The notes: generated by a model from the letters alone, not told the origin. Shown: positions 49,879-63,300, numbered from the stretch's first letter. The stretch: DNA of 64,000 bases from Amphiscolops sp. MND2022 (GCA_964187785.1 OZ076416.1:41354001-41418000), one strand, 5' to 3'. Program-made: numbers and translations.

Positions 49879-50245
49879 TTTTTAGTCGGCGCTTTTTCGT
49901 GGAAAAACTCAGACTATAGTAGTGACTTTTCTTTTTTTAACCCCACCGAAGTGACAGATTTTATAAGCATTATAAGCTGACTTGAACTAACACTAAATGC
50001 CACACTACTTCTACTGGCACTTGAGATAGAGGTTAATTAGGCTTTTTGAAGTCCCCTTTTACATTTTTCGGCACTATGCGACTTCCCGGGGATTGAAAGA
50101 ATTGAAAAAAACTTCGAAAAAATGGGATTTTTTTCAAGTTTTTCCTCATGCGGGTACTGTAGAAGAGAATACTTGACACTTTGAAGTCCTTTTGCTATTT
50201 TTTGAGCCTTAGATATGGCGCCGACTTGGGCCGTTTCCGGCTTGT
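49879..50245 (+). mobile_element. HINE-like family F2 short copy
   Basis: TTTTTAGTCGGCGC ... GGCGCCGACTTGGGCCGTTTCCGGCTTGT. Confidence 0.72.
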
Positions 50246-50439
50246 TCAAATTAGGGCAGGGAAAATTACCAGCTTTTCTTTGCTAAAATTCGCCGCGTTC
50301 TAATTTCATTAGAGAATTATCTTTTTTACGATACTTTTGTTAAAAAGTAAAAAAGCCCAATATAAATTAAGTGTCAATGTCAAAAATATTGGGAACTTTT
50401 CACAAATTTTGTTCGTTTTGTTTTGGCCACGCTCGAACC

Positions 50440-50503
50440 CAAAAATTGTCGCCGCTAAGAAAGACCAGGACGGAACATATCCGGTGCTCAGCGGGCGTCT
50501 TGT
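50440..50503 (+). mobile_element. F1-type 3' terminus remnant
   Basis: CCGGTGCTCAGCGGGCGTCTTGT, as at 17399. 5' end not recognisable. Confidence 0.5.
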
Positions 50504-50767
50504 ATCATCAAATCATTAGAGTTATCAACCAACGCCATTTGGACTACATGGTAAAAACGTTGAAAAAGTTCAAAACTATAGGCCATTATCACGAGTCCTA
50601 GAGGTCAAATAGCCCATCAATTTGAAGAGAAATTCCCAGCATAAGAATTGAAAAAAATGATCAATCAAAACGTGAACTACTTGCTATTTTGGTTACAAGC
50701 CAAAATACCTCAAATCAAAAGACAACGTATCACTGCCAAAACATCTGTGAAATAGTCAAATTATCAA

Positions 50768-51187
50768 CAGGGCAACCAAAAAGGGCAGAAGGGCAGCAAG
50801 GCCAGAACCGGCAGAATTTGAACATAAGGGCAGAATTAATTTGAAAGGGCAGAAAAGGGCAGAATTCTATTTTATTACGTTCATTTGACAAACAAAAGAG
50901 CATTTTGCGAAGCGAGTTCAATCACAATCCTGCTCAACTTGCTAAGCTACAAAATGCAATCGCATCCAATTCGGAAGTCGAAAGATCCTTCAGTAAACTT
51001 GGAAAACTTCTGTCCAAAGACAGAAATTTCAAACCAGAGAACATTGGGGCTTACATTTGTGCTTCATGTAACCATTGAAACAAATTTTTCAATGATATAA
51101 AATTGTTTTTAAAGGGGCAGAATATGGGCAGAATTGAGTTTAAAAGGGCAAAAATGTCATTTGGAAAGGGCAGAGTTTGGTTGCCCT
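50768..51187 (+). mobile_element. Internally deleted hAT element (420 bp)
   Basis: TIRs (C)AGGGCAACCAAA / TTTGGTTGCCCT, TSD ATTATCAA (50760-50767 / 51188-51195), GGGCAGAA subterminal repeats, residual SEVERSFSKLGKLLSKDR dimerisation motif (~50960-51080). Confidence 0.85.
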
Positions 51188-52790
51188 ATTATCAATGATT
51201 AACAAAAGGACCTCTTCAGAATTAGCCAGAAGTTAGGTACAGACACGTAACACCGTTCAGCTTCTCTTGCATTTAGGATAATACAGAAGATCCGCCAAGA
51301 GTTAGCATGTAGATAAATCAAGTTATTTGACCAGTGGTGTTTTGACTTGACATGTTCGCTTAGTCCTCTTTTCAACGGTGACAATTAGTTAACGTGAATG
51401 TCTTTAAGCACACTGAAACTTCCCACATCTGATTGGTTGGCAGGTCAGCAACCTTTTCATTTTCGTGACAGTTCAGACGATGTATGAGCATCTTCACGGG
51501 AATAGATAAAATGGAATTGCAGCGTCTTGAAATTCACAAAGGATCAAACAAAATCTGCAATTAGCTAATTTTGGCCACTTCAGTGCACATGCCATCGTCA
51601 TAAGACCTGTCTTGAATTAATAGGCGTTCGCCATGGCCATTAAATGGAATGAGATCAATGATCAAATCAAATTTTGATAGAAATAAATTGGCCTAGAAAA
51701 TTATGCGATCACATGATTTTTTCTTTATCGTGAAATGCTAATTGTGCATGACTAACTTGCATTTTAAAACATTGAGTTGTGACCGATTAAGTGTCACAGA
51801 TTCATCATGTATCTTCTGAATGACAGTGTACTCAAAGCAGAGATCACTATCGAACAAGTTCGACGTTTTATCTGTAAGTTCAAAATGGGCCAACCACTTC
51901 GTTCGTTCTCAAGAACAAAGCAGAAAAGCGTCATCTGATATCATATTTATTACCACCAACTTATGAATGTTTTGCTACATTTTTGGATTGATTTTGCAAA
52001 GGTTCCAAACCACATCATTACGAAGAAACATCAAAAGATGAAGTTCAAAAGCTGTAGGTCACAAACGGATGACTCTATTTGGAAGCATTGAAATAAGTAG
52101 TCGCATATGGAGCAAGTCAAGCAAAACTAGAAAAATGGTGCAAAGGTTGCAGAGACCAAATAAAAGACCGCTATTGTTTTGATATTCGGCACAAAAAATC
52201 ATAAAATGTTTTTTATTTACACATATAAAATTTTTACCAGTTCAGCTTGAGTAATAGACCTAAGTTTTTGCTGGAAATTTATTTAGTATGCTAGTTATAA
52301 CGCTTGAAAATAAACGGGGTAATGTTAACTGGAGAAAAAGGAACTTTCAATGTCAAAGGCACATCTTCACAAAGCGACTGCAAGTAGTGATGCCGGGTGT
52401 TGAAAGGAGGTTCCAATTTCTATATTTGTCATTTAAGGAAATTCAAAGCTCAACCTTGAAATATTGATCGATCGACCATCGGTTTCCTTTGCAAGACAGA
52501 GCAGATTGGCAAAGATATTATTGATGTAGATTACGAAACCGAACCTAGCATGTCTAGAATGGGTCAAAAACAGTTACAGTTGCGTCTAGACAGATTCACA
52601 TGTATCGACGTCGGATTAGTTGCCGATAAATTTCTCAACACCCGAGACTAGTCGTCCTAATTTCGAGTAGATCCGAAGACAAATATGATCTTCAGATTTA
52701 ACTTCCTGATCGGGTCAGTTATTTTAGACTATTTCTTGTGATTCAACTCAAAAAAGGTAAAACATCGACTTCGACCGATATGGTATTAAA

Positions 52791-53238
52791 GGGAGTGGGA
52801 CAAAACAGCCGATTTTCAAAATAGGCAAAACAGCCGATTTTAAAACAGTACAAAATCGCCGATGGGTAAAAGTTAAAATCGCCGATTTTGTCAATGCGCA
52901 AGATTAGCAGTCTATAAAATTATAATTATAACGTAGTTAGCTATGTTCACATACCCCTAGTGCCCCAAATGCAGGAGCGAAGCGAAGCGGAGCGACGAGC
53001 CATATGCCCATGCCTCAATGTTGCTACTTGGCCAAGGGAGCGAAGCGACCGAGAAATACAACAAATATGAACTTCTTCAAATAAACGAAGTTCCATGCCA
53101 ATTGGCTGTAACAGCACTCATTTTGTTCCGTTTTAAAAATCGGCTGTTTTGTCCTGTTTTGAAAATTGGCTGTTTTGTCCCGTTTTGAAAATCGGTTGTT
53201 TTGTCTCGTTTTAAAATCAGCTGTTTTGTCCCGCATCC
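52791..53238. mobile_element. Mutator/foldback-type MITE (448 bp)
   Basis: Arms built of ~23-bp GGGACAAAACAGCCGATTTT units in inverted orientation. 9-bp TSD GGTAT(T/C)AAA at 52782-52790 / 53239-53247. Confidence 0.8.
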
Positions 53239-53399
53239 GGTATCAAAGACAGTCAGGACTTGAAAAAATGAAGTTTTTCAAATGAATTTTGCTGAAACGT
53301 ATCTTTTTTTGTCATCTCGCTACCCAAGCCTATTTTTTCATTACCTATTTATTCGAGGTGAAAATATAAACGTGATGACCAATTTTGAAAATAGTATTT

Positions 53400-53536
53400 T
53401 AGGTTGCTGCATAACTGATTCTCAGGGCAAAGACTCGACGAGCTGTATAAGCTCTTTCTCTGTCCTTTTTAGATGCTATCAATGTATTTATATATGTATT
53501 TATAAATTTTTGATGTTTGCATCTGAATAAATAAAC
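53400..53536 (+). mobile_element. 5'-truncated LINE 3' end
   Basis: TTCTCAGGGC...GAGCTGTATAAGCTCTTTCTCTGTCC...AATAAATAAA parallels 3030-3137. Confidence 0.7.
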
Positions 53537-53939
53537 TTCCTTAAAGAAATCAGCTCTCAAGCCACCAATTACTTATATACAAGTCAAGTGCATGTGGTAT
53601 CAAGTACTAACATCAACTTTTGGAATGTATTCCGATTTCTTATGAGGTCTGATCAGAGCCGAGACATCTATGGGGAATCCTTGAGACTAAAACAAAAACC
53701 GATCGATCAAAATGATCATCAAATCGGAATTTAAATTATCACTCATTTTTTTTATCAAGACCATTTCTCTCAAGTTCTTCATTTGAGAATAGTAATTATT
53801 ATTAACGAAATACTTGAAAAGATAATCAAAATTGACAAACAAAAAGGATCGATTATTATATCTTTAAAAATAGATGATATTTACAGCTTCTATATTTCAG
53901 CTCAAGCAGAATTATTAAAACAGGGTCTCTGAATAAAAA

Positions 53940-54287
53940 ATTTTGACACAAAATTCAAAGGTAGTTGAGAGGGGGTCCTGTATGCCCATGTATCGCTGCT
54001 CTACAAACATAAAACAAAAAATTCTGCTTCTTTTCCCACAAGAAACCATAAAACCAAAACGAGAAGCCTTTTGTGAAAATTGTTTTCCAAAAAATCACAG
54101 CGCCGAAAAAAAACCCAAAGGTTGCACAGCTCTGAATTAGAATGTAGAGATTTTTCCAACTAATTTGTCAAATTGAAGAATTTCATATTTTGGTATTCGG
54201 CATGAAAACGGTCACTTCGACCGAATTGAAAAAAAAAACACGACCAAAAATCACCGTTTCATTTCAAAAGCGCCGACTAAAGAGGGA
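53940..54287 (-). mobile_element. Degenerate F2 5' fragment
   Basis: AAAAGCGCCGACTAAA at ~54267-54283 and F2-like internal motifs. Confidence 0.45.
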
Positions 54288-54367
54288 ATGGCATAATCGG
54301 AATTCATTGAAATTTCTCCTATCGGAAATGAACGGAATGTATTTGGAAAGCAGCGACAAGGACTAAC

Positions 54368-56212
54368 TTCAGAAAGACTGCGAAGAAAAATAGAGAGGCT
54401 TTCTCGGACTTGACTGTAGGGGCAATTTTCTGCCCAGTGTTGTAGTTTGTTAACGCAATCGACCATTTTGCGACAGAGGACACTCTTTTGCTGCTCAAGG
54501 GATTCGGTCGATGTCTCCAACTGTAACTGATTATTGGCCCAGAAAGATGATTGCGATTGCTTCTTCGAAGACACCAATTTGAGTCCATTGCCTACAATAT
54601 CAACTGGAGAAAGCTATGGTTGTTAAGGAACTTGAAATCAGTTTAGCATTGTTTAGGTGTTAACTTTTTGTGCAGTTGGGAAAAATCGCTATCTGCCAAT
54701 TCAATGGAGAAGCTCAAAAGAACATCAACAAGAAAAGTTAATAGTGAGGTACTTTTTGGCACTAATGTGCAGTTAAAACAGCAAAAATAGTAAATCTATA
54801 CATTCCAGAATTATTCCGAACAGTTCAAATTTCTAGAAAAAAATAATTTAAAAATTTCAAGGGAGTGAAAGACATCATATTACAGTTGAATTCGATAAGA
54901 TACATCCAATGACACAGTTTCGAATCACGCAATTGGTAATGTTTGGAACAAAATTTAATAACCTACTTAGAGAAGTTACAGTCTATATGTAGAAAATCTT
55001 CACGTTGGACCCATGTCCTCAAATTTTCCATGTCATTGCTGAGTGCAGCGACAGCATTCTCTTTATCAACATTTTGAAATTTTTAAACAATGACGAAGGC
55101 GAACAAGTTTACCTGTAATGTTAGCAGCGTTGGCGGAAAACTTGCTGTAGCTCTCTGAATCAGCTGTGATTCGAACACCTGTGTTGATGACGTCAGAAAA
55201 CCCCACTGCGGTTGAACTTTCAACGACATTTGATTTAGTTTTGAACCCAATTCCCGGGGTCCCGTTAAATCTACTGTTTGTATATTTAGTTAATTGGTCA
55301 TCGTAATTGCTACTAGTGAAGCACGATACACTATTATTATTAATAAAGTCATGCAACAGAGGTTCCAATTTCTCCCTAACGATAGAATCCACAAACTCCG
55401 TCCCCACCACAGGTTCCCTCGAGTCTGTGTCCCCATGACCCCCGGTCACAACCCAGGGTTCATAGTCTACATTAACCAGTGTATTGTATTTAAATATATG
55501 TACACATGTACACTATAAATGGTTACTCAAAAATGTTCATTTCGAGGACTTTTTCATAACGTTTCTACGTTCGAGGCAGTCTCCCATCGGAATTGGGGTT
55601 GAGCAAAGATTTTGCACAAACAACCATTCATGATCAAAAACGCGGTAAGTGAAGTGCAGTTGAATCCACCTAATTTGTATCGCTGGGACCGAATAAAATA
55701 GCACGGATACGGAGAAATACGAATTATCCGGATGATATTACTTTGGTCTTCACGAAATGGGAGTCTCAGACATGTACGAATTAAACGAAGATCCGAATTA
55801 TCCGGATACGAATTAGCCGGAGTTGACTGTATCATGTTGTGGAGTGGTATGTGGAATACAATACATTGGTCAGAAGAGAGTCTAGAAGATAAAGCACCAG
55901 GTGATGAGTAAATGACATGAGAAGTAGAATTCTCGAATGATTGGCGTCTCTGCAGGTCAACCTCGAATCCACTATAAGAGGAGAGAACTAATTGGCTCAA
56001 AACAGAGTCAACTGCGTTAGTCAAGGTGTCAAGTTCGTTACTGCTTTGTTCTAAGCAGGTCAAGTTCATGTCACCTCCTCCCGATGAGGTAGAGGTTATG
56101 TCAGAGGTCAAATTGCAAACGTTGCTGTCTAACGCTGAACTACTGCCGCCGCCGCTTTTGATCTGTGGGTGCGTAACTTTTGACACTATTTGCCCATCTT
56201 TGTTCATCACAC
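54368..56212 (-). CDS. Three phase-compatible exons of an unidentified Ser-rich protein (possible Sestrin 5' extension)
   Basis: 56212-55865 (ttttccag|, CAAT|gtattg), 55466-55113 (atgtag|, ACAG|gtaaac) and 54603-54368 (tttctccag|, GAA|gttagt). Phases 1/1, 1/1, 1/0. Confidence 0.55.
55680..55829 (-). mobile_element. Tc1/mariner (pogo-like) MITE end fragment
   Basis: TA|CAGTCAACTCCGGCTAATTCGTATCCGG terminus with repeated CGGATAATTCG. The other end was not found. Confidence 0.45.
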
Positions 56213-58735
56213 CTGGAAAATTTGAACACGTTTTGAGTTTTTTTTTAAAAAAATAGAAACGCAAAGTATTTCAATCACTGGGTAGGTAGTTAAAAGAATA
56301 CTAAAAACCAAACTTTCGAAGTTAAAATAGATTTCAAGATTTACTGGTCTTCTTTCTGGTACAAGCTCAAAAATCACAGTATCCAACATACATGTCTCGA
56401 AACCTGACAGTGTTATTGGTACAAATTCAAGATAAGAGGAAATACCGTTCGAGGTAAGAATAATTGCATAAGGCTACAGCTGTAACTAATGATGCTATAA
56501 CAAAGTAAGTTCAACAGTTAAATTCAAACTTCGTCTCAGAATAAAGAAGTCTCGCAAAAAATACTGCCATGTTACTGATTCAATCTTGACTCACTGATTT
56601 ACTTCAGATTAACTAAATCTACATACCGAATCAGAATTAACGTTCCATCCGAATTTCCGTTTTTGGAAGTATATACCGTTAAATAACGAACATTTCAAGG
56701 CTATGTGCATCTGAACTTTATTAATAGAACTTAATCTGAGGCTGTCGGAAAAGAAACATCAAAAGAAGTCATAAATTAACTCAGAATTAAACCAAGCAAG
56801 AATGATCGAACGATCGAATGTTCTACTTGAACCAGCAAACATTTAACATGAGCAATTTTGGACACCATTCAAGCCAGCACAAGTCTAGTCTGCTCATTAA
56901 GACTCAAGGGTCGACTTCAGAAGAACTTCACTATATTACAATATAATTATGCTTTGCATTTTTGCACAGCAAACGTTTACGAAAAAAACTTACATTTTAC
57001 TACAACAGTACTCAAAATGCTAAGGTTCAGTATTGCCAGTCAATGCTGAAATAAATACGCAACTGATTCGATTTGCGTACAAGCCAAAAGCCGCCATCTA
57101 AACCAAAATTTTCAAGAAAGATTGATGTTAGCGCCACAAAAATGAGTTGTTTTTCATGATATCATTGAGACTAGACTGCAATCGATGGGTAATTTTGAGA
57201 GATAACAAAGAAAGCCTTCTACCAGACCCAGTCGAATTTCCCAATGTTTGGAAGACCCCGTTGATCGCAATCTATATTAGTTGATGGCTAGGCTGGTCAA
57301 GAACTAATTAATGATTTGACGAATGCCAATCACTGACACAATTAGTTTCATCAAGAAACTTTGATTAATCTACTCAGCAGGTTGTCAATACATTGGCTAC
57401 GTTATACAACTTGACATTGACACCACTGAACTTTCCAACGAACTACGAACGAGTTGATCAACCAAAATTCGATTTTGAACTAACCCGTGCTGAGACTCAA
57501 GGGTGTTCCATCGATGACCGGGGATGGAACTGAATTAACGACTGTTATTTTGGATTGCATTGACGGCCATGGATGGTTCACCCCTGGCCGTCGATAGAAT
57601 TTGAGATTTTTTTCAGCAAAAATTTGAAGTCTTTTTGAAGAGTTCAAATTGACTTACATGAGTGGGAAGCCAAAATCTAACAACTTCTAAAATCAAAGGT
57701 GTATTTTTGCTGCTTTGGCCGTATATAAACATATCATTCTATAGCCGGCAAAGGTAGATTTTTCGAGCTTCGGACATGGTTTTTCGAAGGATCTCGATTT
57801 GACGACAATTTTATTTGGTCTCAAATGACATAGATCGTCAAAATTGGAATATTATTGATGTGACGTCGAATTATTCCCGCTTTTTGAATAGTTTTGATTT
57901 TTCTAATCTTTCGGTTTCGTATTGAAAATTGAGTATTTGAAGCCTTTGAAGTCACTGACTTTCTATCCATGACAAGGGGTGGTTCATGGATGGTCAGGGA
58001 GGTCCATCAATGAATTCAGAGAGGTCGTTGTAAGTTCCGGACGCTTTTTGACAGTTTTTCGAATTTTGGTTTCCATCCCTTGCCAGGGCTGGTGCAAACC
58101 TGACCAGGTGTAAAAGTGTTGATTGCCACCGTGGACCAGGCCTGGTCAGGGATGGAACTGCCATGAACCATCCATGGCCATGGGGTCTCAGTACTGGAAG
58201 GGTGTCTTTTCGGTCATACTACAATACATCCACAAACGCCGTTACACCAGACCCCTGGATAGTAACATTCAAAACCCCACAGTACCTTCTGCACATACAA
58301 GTGACTGCATTAGTTTTCTCACTGGTAGACAAGGCGGAATGTTTACAGGCGGCTCTCCGTTCCCGTTCAATGCTCAAAAACGGGCGTAACGTCCGCTTTG
58401 GAGGTAATGTCCTAGAACCGCCGGCACCGCGTGACCCCAAACCGCGATGTAAGCAGTGCTGCAGAGCAAATATAGCTCAGTCAAAACGAACAAAATATAT
58501 GGCATGATGTTGCCACTGGTGGACAACCACAAAAGGTGCAGGTGCGACCTCGGTGGTCCACCGTGGGACTTGGGTCATCGGTGGCTACCGGTGGACTGCG
58601 ATTAGCTGTCAATCTGGGTTTCGTACAAAACTAAATGTTACGATTCCGCTGTCTCGGAAAAACTGAAGAACACCATTCAATTAACACAGAATAAAATTAC
58701 AAAAGTGATGTTGATTACATACGAAGATCAATAAT

Positions 58736-59338
58736 TCACTGATCATGTCCAAAAATTCTCCGATACATCGCATGAGCTTTTCTTTGCTTGAACTGTTTCC
58801 TACTTTCATTTGCAATTGGAACTTCATCAGCGCTTACTGAGATGTTGCCTTCAACAATATTGGCACGTCCCTCCGAGTGGCATTCAGAGATTTCTCGAGA
58901 AACATTTGCAACCAAAGCCGAAGATTCACCAACTGTATCAAGTAATGGGGTCTCATTTCCGTTGGGAATTCCCAAATCTCCAAGATTCATGTCTTTCGGG
59001 ACAATAGATAATTCTACACTTGCTTCCAATGGGCTAGAAACCTCTATGACAGGTGAATATGTTTCTAAGCTTTTATTTCCTCTAACGTTAGTTTCAAAAG
59101 AATGGGCCAATTTATTTTCATCACCATTGGGTTTGAATACCAGAGGGAACAGCAATTTTTTCTGGTTTAATGAAGATTCACAAGAAAATCTTCCACATCT
59201 TTTTGATTTCGTATCGCTGAATTGGAAAGGCGTAACTTCAGTTACGCGTTGTTTCGTGGCTAAAGGCGTTCCAGAGTGTTTTCTAGGTACTGTATAAAAA
59301 GTATGGCGATCATTGACTTCGAAAGTTGTCTTATTCAT
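58736..59338 (-). CDS. Probable exon of an unidentified protein
   Basis: 200-codon open frame with composition like the 54-56 kb exons. Splice sites ambiguous. Confidence 0.4.
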   Translation of the reverse strand: MNKTTFEVNDRHTFYTVPRKHSGTPLATKQRVTEVTPFQFSDTKSKRCGRFSCESSLNQKKLLFPLVFKPNGDENKLAHSFETNVRGNKSLETYSPVIEVSSPLEASVELSIVPKDMNLGDLGIPNGNETPLLDTVGESSALVANVSREISECHSEGRANIVEGNISVSADEVPIANESRKQFKQRKAHAMYRRIFGHDQ

Positions 59339-60144
59339 TGTAAAGTAAGTGGCTGATTGGATAAATTTGGTTACTCAAGAATTCCGACACTTCGTTATTT
59401 TACTAGGTGAACCAAAAAACGAAACGCATAAAATGTTAGACCTCTCGAAGTTTCAAATATTTGTCAACAAACGTTTCACGACATTAAACGTTGCTGTCAA
59501 TCATTCAAATCGCAAGTTCTTTTGAAGCAAAAGAATTTCCACACATCAAAAATGAAAACGAAATGACTGGTAGCGATTTCTATATTTTTTGTGAAGAAGC
59601 ATATTTCTATATTTCTATTACGTAGAAGCTAAATGATTGACAGAAAATTGAAAGAATCTCTCTTTTTAAAAAATATTACGACTTCGGAGACGAAAGATTT
59701 CAGAGCATGATGCACCATTCTATGCTATGCTGAACCATTTATGGCTGGCATTGAACATGAAATTTCAGTTATTTTATGTCATCCAAAAGTTAACACTTCA
59801 GTCTAGCACTGGAAATTTGAACTATGATATCAAGGATCACCAATGAACATTGATTTTTCCAGATTCTAAATATGAATAACCGGTTTTATAGACTCTCGTT
59901 AGAGAAATCCGACCGACGTCGACAAAATGAAATAATTGAAAATGTTTTTAAAAAATAGGCCCCTCCGGGGCTCAGTACTATTTCTGCTTTAATCTTTATT
60001 TTTTTTGAAACAAAAAAATCATTAATAAAAGAATCATATCTGGAATACCAATACACTCCTGTTTAATCATTATTTAGCGCACAATTAATCACTGTACAAG
60101 TTTACACCGCCTTTAATTCTTCTCGGACTAAAGAAAATATAACT

Positions 60145-60340
60145 ACTAAGCGTAGACGAAGTTTCGCATTCGCATTTGAATGCAGGCGAAGCTCTCAACG
60201 AACGAATAATTAACACTCATTCGCTTCATCTCAATAACTCGGGGCAACGAAAGCACAATTACGAACATTCGCTCGCTTCATCTCAATGACGTCAGCATAC
60301 GAATGGATAATTACCACTCGCTCGTTCCATCGCACTAGAA
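60145..60340 (-). mobile_element. HINE-like family F3 fragment
   Basis: AAGCGTAGACGAAGTTTCGCATTCG...CGCTTCATCTCAAT, homologous to 38846-38970. Confidence 0.55.
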
Positions 60341-63300
60341 TTGAATTGTCTTCGGCAGCTCTCTCGCTTACACTCACTGCCGAACAAAATATCTGAATTA
60401 TTCAGATCGTCCGAAAAATTGTTCTGAAAAAAGTACACGTTTCCAGATTTCAATAATATTCCTGCTAAAGCAGAAATATTAATACTCAGGTTAATATTTC
60501 TAAAAAGATTCAAGCCTTTTCTTAGAAAATGGACAATGTTTATGTTAAGAACTATGAAGTATTTCACAGCGCTTCGAATGATTCTAATTAAACTAACACC
60601 AAGTTGAAAGTTGCACAGAACATTGACGAAAAGAAAGAATCATGCATTGTTTACTGGATTGCAGACATAGTATAGTTACTGCAGATTTATTAACATAGTT
60701 GGTAATTATATAAAGCAGAGCCGAAACATCATAAAACTTAAAATGTTGGGGAACAGTTCAATAAAAAAGCCAAAGGAGAAAAAGATACATTACACAGTAA
60801 TTTCAAAGATGATAAATGTTTTATGCAACTTGTCATCGACGGTAGGTAAACTGTTTTGAGCAAAATTTAGTATCTTAAGAAGTATTGTGATTTGAGTGTA
60901 CAGGTTATTTTCAAACAAATTAGTTTGTAAACGTTCGAATTTTGAATGGAAGAGATCAACCAAAAACGTAGCTTCATTTTACCCATAACATTTTTGAAGC
61001 CAATGACCGACCGATGAGAATTTTACGTACCCGTTAAGCTGATATGTCATCTGACGAACACTGAACGTTGACATGAATGAACGTGTGAAGAATAAAATGA
61101 AACTCGATACAATTTTTGCTTCATTCGTATAATATAGATAGCTTTGAAAATACTCTTACTAAAAGAGCACTCAAAATAGCGGGACGATCTTTAAAAAACA
61201 CTTTTGTCTGAAAAAAATCAGAAGCAACGATGATAACGGCTTCTTCATTTTAGTACAAAACACTTTAGTACAATTTGGCGCAAGAACGCATTTGATTTTG
61301 GAAGCAAAAGCATTCCATAGAAGCATAATTCACTTTCATTCAGATGCCATGACAGTTCTTGGGGGGAAAATGATACAAAGCTTGGATTATGTCTCCCTTC
61401 GGTTTTGTCCGGTACATTTATGTTACGTAATAATGTCACGTGTTGATGACGTCAGAGATAATTCAAGATACAAGAGGTACCACCAGAGATGAAAATATGC
61501 AAAGCAAGCACCAGCTAAAAACAACTGATGGCAAAAAGTCTTTTCCTTCACGCGGCCAAGAGCCATTTAAAACATGATTATTAGATTGACAAAGACCTTT
61601 GTCGCCTTTCTTGGCAAAATTTCAGATGACGTGGCAAACAAAGTACATATGCAGCAATTCCATGCTTTTTTTCCCAAGAAAATGATGTTTCCAGAAAAAT
61701 TTTTACTCTATGAGCGCATTTTGACAAACTACGAAAAGTCCACAAACACTGTTATTGGAACATCAGTTTTAAAGTCTGTTAGTATGAGAAATATATTCTA
61801 TGTACGGGAAAAAGGACAAAAGAAAGCAGTTTTTGAAACCAATTGTATGAAACATTTGAAATGATTGGACAAGATCTTTGGTCCGACCTGAGAATTTAAT
61901 TTTCAAATCCAAGATAGCGTTCAAAAAAGCTAATCACATGTGCGTTCCTACAAGGAAAACGGCACGGCTTCAAGATAAAATTCACACTTTGAATGATAGC
62001 ACCGCTTTCAAAGAAGAAAGAACCGATCACTGGGGAATACGCTTGTTCGAGCGCGATATCAAAATCTCTGATTGAAGTGGATTCTTTTTTGGGAGGAAAT
62101 ACAACAGAAAAGACCCTTTGCTTGCAAAATGGCATAAAAGAATTAAAAATAAAAGCTTCAGGCGATTTGTGCTATCATCAAAATGGTAGTTAAAATTACT
62201 GGCGCCAGTCAAATCCAGTTGGTCCCAAGTGAGGTACCACTCAAGGACGCTAAAAGTCCCTCACTTGACTCAGTCGGACTGAACCACGAAATATTCATGC
62301 GACACGTTATGAAATCACCAGCTAAACATAAAATTTGAAATGATGCTTAATTATTTCAACAAACGGAGTGGAAAAGAGTTTCACATGACACGTGAAAAAC
62401 ATCTAAAAACTAGCAAAAAATCGGGAAAGTCAGTCAGTTTCTGCTAAAAACAATTCAGAGAAACATGGCAAGCTATGATAAAACTCTTGTTCGTGAAAAA
62501 TCGATGTCTATTCAAAAACAGGGAATAAATAGCTGAGCATCCTGGGTTTTATCAATGTCCTGCTTTCTGGCCCTTATCATGAAACGTAGAAAGACCGAAG
62601 TACTTCATTAGTCGGGAACAGCATAAGTCTGTGTGCCTTTCAAGGCTCAAATGACCCAAGAACTTTAATGGACTTGGTTTTGAATAATTCTGAGTGGGAA
62701 AACTAAGAGAGAAACTGTTTGGGCTTGAAAAAGCTTTATTCTTTCGAAAATGCTAAATGGCTGCAGTATAAAACATGTCATAAAAATGCCTAAGTCCAAA
62801 ATGCCGAAAAATCCGCTTGCGCTTAAAAACGCCTTTTCTTACTGAAAAGGTCAAATACTTTGGTGAAATGGATTATGTTCCGAACAAAAATCGCAATGCA
62901 AAAAATTTCAAGGGGGACCTTTTGAGCTAGAAAGACTATTTTCAACGGAAAACGTTGAAGAAGTAAAAATATATATATTTTCGTTGACAGATTAAGTCGC
63001 TAACGTCTCAAATTGGCCCCCGGCTAGAGGATCAAAAAGCGGAGCTGTTTTGAAAGAAACTATGAAGAAAACCGAAAAACAAAAGTTCATGAAGGCTTGT
63101 TTCAAATATGAAAACCCTGTAGATGCTTTTAGGCCATGTTGGTAAAAGGCTGTATAAAGTGGACTATTCTGTGTGACGCCTGACAAAAAACTTTTGTGCT
63201 GTAAGAGTCGGGCACTTTTTATTACAAGATGTCCGCTGAGCACCACGATATGTTCCACCTTGAGCTATTTTTAAGACGATATTTTCGGGGCTGGAGCATA

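Noticed and set aside
55554-55864. C-terminal part of ORF 55554-56264 as real coding sequence
   Set aside because: It runs through a Tc1/mariner-like MITE end, and a phase-compatible donor lies at 55864.
57484-58203. piggyBac-like MITE (GT(G/A)CTGAGAC inverted pair)
   Set aside because: The termini are too degenerate and there is no intact TTAA at either side.
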